Assembly (NCBI GenBank): GCA_964016885.1
Contig: OZ024743.1
Coordinates: 137,764,001-137,828,000, forward strand
DNA length: 64,000 nucleotides
Direction: 5' to 3'
Origin: Eledone cirrhosa
Lineage: Eukaryota
The translations under genes and the position numbers were made by a program. This document shows positions 58,390-64,000 of the stretch, in pieces. The first letter of the stretch is position 1. Each line of letters starts with the position of its first letter. Below the pieces are notes generated by a model that searched no databases, was not told the origin of the DNA, and saw only the letters and a program-made list of their open reading frames with translations.

Positions 58390-61300
58390 AAAAAGCAAAC
58401 GCCAAACCCCATACGCCAAACAGCAAATGCCAAACCCCAAACGCCAAACAGCAAACGCCAAGCACCAAACACCAAACACCAAGCGCCAAGCACCAAACAC
58501 CAAACACCAAGCACCAAGCACCAAACACCAAACACCAAGCACCAATCACCAAACACCAAGCACCAAGCGCCAAGCACCAGACACCAAGCACCAAGCACCA
58601 AACACCAAACACCAAGCACCAAGCACTAAACACCAAACACCAAGCACCAAGCACCAAGCACCAAGCACCAAGCACCAAACACCAAGCACCAAGCACCAAG
58701 CACCAAGCACCAAGCACCAAACACCAAGCACCAAGCACCAAACAGCAAACACCAAGCACCAAACACCAAACACCAAGCACCAAGCACCAAACACCAAACA
58801 CCAAACACCAAGCACCAAGCCCCAAGCACCAAACACCAAGCACCAAGCACCAAACACCAAGCACGAGGCACCAAGCACCATGCACCAAACACCAAGCACC
58901 AAGCACCAAACAGCAAACACCAAACAGCAAACACCAAACACCAAACACCAACCAGCAAACACCAAACACCAAACACCAAACAGCAAACACCAAACAGCAA
59001 ACACCAAACAGCAAACACCAAACACCAAACACCAAACAGCAAACGCCAAAAAGCAAACGCCAAACCCCATACGCCAAACAGCAAATGCCAAACCCCAAAC
59101 GCCAAACAGCAAACGCCAAGCACCGAACACCAAACACCAAGCGCCAAGCACCAAACACCAAACACCAAGCACCAAGCACCAAACACCAAACACCAAGCAC
59201 CAATCACCAAACACCAAGCACCAAGCGCCAAGCACCAAACACCAAACACCAAACACCAAGCACCAAGCACCAAACACCAAGTACCAAACACCAATCACCA
59301 AGCCCCAAGCACCAAACACCAAGCACCAAGCACCAAATACCAAACACCAAGCACCAAGCACCCAGAACCAAGCACCAAGCACCAAACACCAAGCACCAAG
59401 CACCGAGCACCAAACACCAAGAACCAAGCACCAAGCACTAAACACCAAACACCAAGCACCAAGCACCAAACACCAAACACCAAGCACCAAGCACCAAACA
59501 CCAAACACCAAGCACCAATCACCAAACACCAAACACCAAGCGCCAAACACCAAACACCAAACACCTATCACCAAGCACCAAGCACCAAACACCAAGCACC
59601 AAACACCAAGCACCAAGCACCAAGCACCAAGCACCAAACACCAATCACCAAGCCCCAAGCACCAAACACCAAGCACCCAGCACCAAACACCAAACACCAA
59701 GCACCAAGCACCCAGAACAAAGCACCAAGCACCAAACACCAAACACCAAGCTCCAAGCACCAAACACCAAACACCAAGCACCAAGCACCAAGCACCAAGC
59801 ACCAAACACCAAGCACCAAGGACCAAGCACCAAGCACCAAGCACCAAACACCAAGCACCAAGCACCAAACAGCAAACACCAAGCACCAAACACCAAACAC
59901 CAAGCACCAATCACCAAACACCAAACACCAAGCGCCAAACACCAAACACCAAACACCTATCACCAAGCACCAAGCACCAAACACCAAGCACCAAACACCA
60001 AGCACCAAGCACCAAGCACCAAGCACCAAACACCAATCACCAAGCCCCAAGCACCAAACACCAAGCACCCAGCACCAAACACCAAACACCAAGCACCAAG
60101 CACCCAGAACAAAGCACCAAGCACCAAACACCAAACACCAAGCTCCAAGCACCAAACACCAAACACCAAGCACCAAGCACCAAGCACCAAACAGCAAACA
60201 CCAAGCACCAATCACCAAACACCAAGCACCAAGCGCCAAACACCAAACACCAAACACCTAGCACCAAGCACCAAGCACCGAACACCAAGCACCAAGCACC
60301 AAGCACCAAGCACCAAGCACCAAACACCAATCACCAAGCCCCAAGCACCAAACACCAAGCACCAAGCACCAAACACCAAACACCAAGCACCAAGCACCAA
60401 ACACCAAACACCAAGCACCAAGCACCAAGCACCAAGCACCAAACACCATACACCAAACAGCAAACGCCAAAAAGCAAACGCCAAACCCCATACGCCAAAC
60501 AGCAAATGCCAAACCCCAAACGCCAAACAGCAAACGCCAAGCACCAAACACCAAACACCAAGCGCCAAGCACCAAACACCAAACACCAAGCACCAAGCAC
60601 CAAACACCAAACACCAAGCACCAATCACCAAACACCAAGCACCAAGCGCCAAGCACCAGACACCAAGCACCAAGCACCAAACACCAAACACCAAGCACCA
60701 AGCACTAAACACCAAACACCAAGCACCAAGCACCAAGCACCAAGCACCAAGCACCAAACACCAAGCACCAAGCACCAAGCACCAAGCACCAAGCACCAAA
60801 CACCAAGCACCAAGCACCAAACAGCAAACACCAAGCACCAAACACCAAACACCAAGCACCAAGCACCAAACACCAAACACCAAACACCAAGCACCAAGCC
60901 CCAAGCACCAAACACCAAGCACCAAGCACCAAACACCAAGCACGAAGCACCAAGCACCATGCACCAAACACCAAGCACCAAGCACCAAACAGCAAACACC
61001 AAACAGCAAACACCAAACACCAAACACCAACCAGCAAACACCAAACACCAAACACCAAACAGCAAACACCAAACAGCAAACACCAAACAGCAAACACCAA
61101 ACACCAAACACCAAACAGCAAACGCCAAAAAGCAAACGCCAAACCCCATACGCCAAACAGCAAATGCCAAACCCCAAACGCCAAACAGCAAACGCCAAGC
61201 ACCGAACACCAAACACCAAGCGCCAAGCACCAAACACCAAACACCAAGCACCAAGCACCAAACACCAAACACCAAGCACCAATCACCAAACACCAAGCAC

Positions 61301-64000
61301 CAAGCGCCAAGCACCAAACACCAAACACCAAACACCAAGCACCAAGCACCAAACACCAAGTACCAAACACCAATCACCAAGCCCCAAGCACCAAACACCA
61401 AGCACCAAGCACCAAACACCAAACACCAAGCACCAAGCACCCAGAACCAAGCACCAAGCACCAAACACCAAGCACCAAGCACCGAGCACCAAACACCAAG
61501 AACCAAGCACCAAGCACTAAACACCAAACACCAAGCTCCAAGCACCAAACACCAAACACCAAGCACCAAGCACCAAGCACCAAACAGCAAACACCAAGCA
61601 CCAATCACCAAACACCAAGCACCAAGCGCCAAACACCAAACACCAAACACCTAGCACCAAGCACCAAGCACCGAACACCAAGCACCAAGCACCAAGCACC
61701 AAGCACCAAGCACCAAACACCAATCACCAAGCCCCAAGCACCAAACACCAAGCACCAAGCACCAAACACCAAACACCAAGCACCAAGCACCAAACACCAA
61801 ACACCAAGCACCAAGCACCAAGCACCAAGCACCAAACACCATACACCAAACAGCAAACGCCAAAAAGCAAACGCCAAACCCCATACGCCAAACAGCAAAT
61901 GCCAAACCCCAAACGCCAAACAGCAAACGCCAAGCACCAAACACCAAACACCAAGCGCCAAGCACCAAACACCAAACACCAAGCACCAAGCACCAAACAC
62001 CAAACACCAAGCACCAATCACCAAACACCAAGCACCAAGCGCCAAGCACCAGACACCAAGCACCAAGCACCGAACACCAAACACCAAGCACCAAGCACTA
62101 AACACCAAACACCAAGCACCAAGCACCAAGCACCAAGCACCAAGCACCAAACACCAAGCACCAAGCACCAAGCACCAAGCACCAAGCACCAAACACCAAG
62201 CACCAAGCACCAAACAGCAAACACCAAGCACCAAACACCAAACACCAAGCACCAAGCACCAAACACCAAACACCAAACACCAAGCACCAAGCCCCAAGCA
62301 CCAAACACCAAGCACCAAGCACCAAACACCAAGCACGAGGCACCAAGCACCATGCACCAAACACCAAGCACCAAGCACCAAACAGCAAACACCAAACAGC
62401 AAACACCAAACACCAAACACCAACCAGCAAACACCAAACACCAAACACCAAACAGCAAACACCAAACAGCAAACACCAAACAGCAAACACCAAACACCAA
62501 ACACCAAACAGCAAACGCCAAAAAGCAAACGCCAAACCCCATACGCGAAACAGCAAATGCCAAACCCCAAACGCCAAACAGCAAACGCCAAGCACCGAAC
62601 ACCAAACACCAAGCGCCAAGCACCAAACACCAAACACCAAGCACCAAGCACCAAACACCAAACACCAAGCACCAATCACCAAACACCAAGCACCAAGCGC
62701 CAAGCACCAAACACCAAACACCAAACACCAAGCACCAAGCACCAAACACCAAGTACCAAACACCAATCACCAAGCCCCAAGCACCAAACACCAAGCACCA
62801 AGCACCAAATACCAAACACCAAGCACCAAGCACCCAGAACCAAGCACCAAGCACGAAACACCAAGCACCAAGCACCGAGCACCAAACACCAAGAACCAAG
62901 CACCAAGCACTAAACACCAAACACCAAGCACCAAGCACCAAACACCAAACACCAAGCACCAAGCACCAAACACCAAACACCAAGCACCAATCACCAAACA
63001 CCAAACACCAAGCGCCAAACACCAAACACCAAACACCTATCACCAAGCACCAAGCACCAAACACCAAGCACCAAACACCAAGCACCAAGCACCAAGCACC
63101 AAGCACCAAACACCAATCACCAAGCCCCAAGCACCAAACACCAAGCACCCAGCACCAAACACCAAACACCAAGCACCAAGCACCCAGAACAAAGCACCAA
63201 GCACCAAACACCAAACACCAAGCTCCAAGCACCAAACACCAAACACCAAGCACCAAGCACCAAGCACCAAGCACCAAACACCAAGCACCAAGCACCAAGC
63301 ACCAAGCACCAAGCACCAAACACCAAGCACCAAGCACCAAACAGCAAACACCAAGCACCAAACACCAAACACCAAGCACCAATCACCAAACACCAAACAC
63401 CAAGCGCCAAACACCAAACACCAAACACCTATCACCAAGCACCAAGCACCAAACACCAAGCACCAAACACCAAGCACCAAGCACCAAGCACCAAGCACCA
63501 AACACCAATCACCAAGCCCCAAGCACCAAACACCAAGCACCCAGCACCAAACACCAAACACCAAGCACCAAGCACCCAGAACAAAGCACCAAGCACCAAA
63601 CACCAAACACCAAGCTCCAAGCACCAAACACCAAACACCAAGCACCAAGCACCAAGCACCAAACAGCAAACACCAAACACCAATCACCAAACACCAAGCA
63701 CCAAGCGCCAAACACCAAACACCAAACACCTAGCACCAAGCACCAAGCACCGAACACCAAGCACCAAGCACCAAGCACCAAGCACCAAGCACCAAACACC
63801 AATCACCAAGCCCCAAGCACCAAACACCAAGCACCAAGCACCAAACACCAAACACCAAGCACCAAGCACCAAACACCAAACACCAAGCACCAAGCACCAA
63901 GCACCAAGCACCAAACACCATACACCAAACAGCAAACGCCAAAAAGCAAACGCCAAACCCCATACGCCAAACAGCAAATGCCAAACCCCAAACGCCAAAC
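58390..64000 (+). repeat. Nested young higher-order repeats with offsets 1393, 2079 and 3472 bp
   Basis: ORFs 58546-59910 ~ 62018-63382 (3472), 60212-61282 ~ 61605-62675 (1393), 58626-59294 ~ 60705-61373 (2079). CCCCATACG landmark at 58407, 59065, 60486, 61144, 61879, 62537, 63958. Confidence 0.9.

Larger units (their letters stand above)
1..64000. repeat. Tandem heptamer satellite array, consensus CACCAAR (+) / YTTGGTG (-), ~9,100 units, extending beyond both window edges
   Basis: Every line parses as 7-mers CACCAAG/CACCAAA plus mostly single-substitution variants (CAGCAAA, CGCCAAR, CACCAAT, TACCAAR, CACTAAR, CATCAAR, CTCCAAR, CCCCAAR, CACAAAA, CACGAAR). Orientation never flips; the + strand is nearly T-free. 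Unit count = 64000/7. Confidence 0.99.

Noticed and set aside
58427-61654. 1075-aa plus-strand HQAPSTK/HQTPNTK ORF (also 15457-17535, 38361-41003, 50043-52862, 51296-54298, 56601-59441), superficially mucin- or adhesin-like
   Set aside because: The + strand has almost no T, so stop codons are intrinsically rare and all frames are open. ATGs come from sporadic variants. The unit length of 7 is not codon-phased, and there is no signal peptide, anchor or non-repeat terminus.
36290-64000. Recurring conserved cassette separated by variable sequence, superficially CRISPR-like
   Set aside because: The intervening sequence is the same heptamer repeat, hundreds of bp long and itself duplicated. There are no unique spacers, palindromic repeats, leader or cas genes.
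1-64000. Bacterial heptamer repeats (cyanobacterial STRR-type, or those flanking four-helix-bundle/IVS-family genes)
   Set aside because: Those occur as short intergenic tracts next to genes. A gene-free array of at least 64 kb with kb-scale higher-order duplications does not fit, although the host cannot be established from this window.
1-64000. Pure sequencing or basecalling artefact, or synthetic sequence
   Set aside because: Rare variants are reproduced faithfully between distant copies with a nested, tree-like pattern of shared and private changes, which random error would not give. Local mis-assembly of individual duplications remains possible.
1-64000. Strong canonical G-quadruplex array on the minus strand
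   Set aside because: The consensus has only GG runs (TTTGGTG). GGGG units are isolated or paired 28 bp apart, so no four closely spaced G3+ runs were seen; only weak two-tier structures are conceivable.

Overview
The whole 64 kb window is one uninterrupted, single-orientation tandem array of a heptamer, consensus CACCAAR (CACCAAG/CACCAAA; minus strand YTTGGTG), about 9,100 units. I see no unique sequence, credible gene, RNA gene, transposon or CRISPR array. The many ORFs are a consequence of translating a nearly T-free 7-mer: 7-aa repeats HQAPSTK/HQTPNTK on +, WCLVLGA/WCLVFGV on -. The informative signal is the order of variant heptamers. It shows nested higher-order structure: 14/28-bp sub-periods; 119, 210 and 650 bp duplications; 1.4-9 kb duplications; and a near-identical head-to-tail ~11.3-11.6 kb duplication (~5580-16910 vs ~16900-28474). 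There is also a left-to-right turnover of landmark variants, four A12-13 tracts at one homologous site, and repeated CpG>TpG differences between copies. The best reading is a eukaryotic satellite or telomere-like array expanded by recombination or copying. Organism and function cannot be determined from this window. Offsets were derived by hand from landmark variants and identical ORF-track entries, not from a computed alignment.
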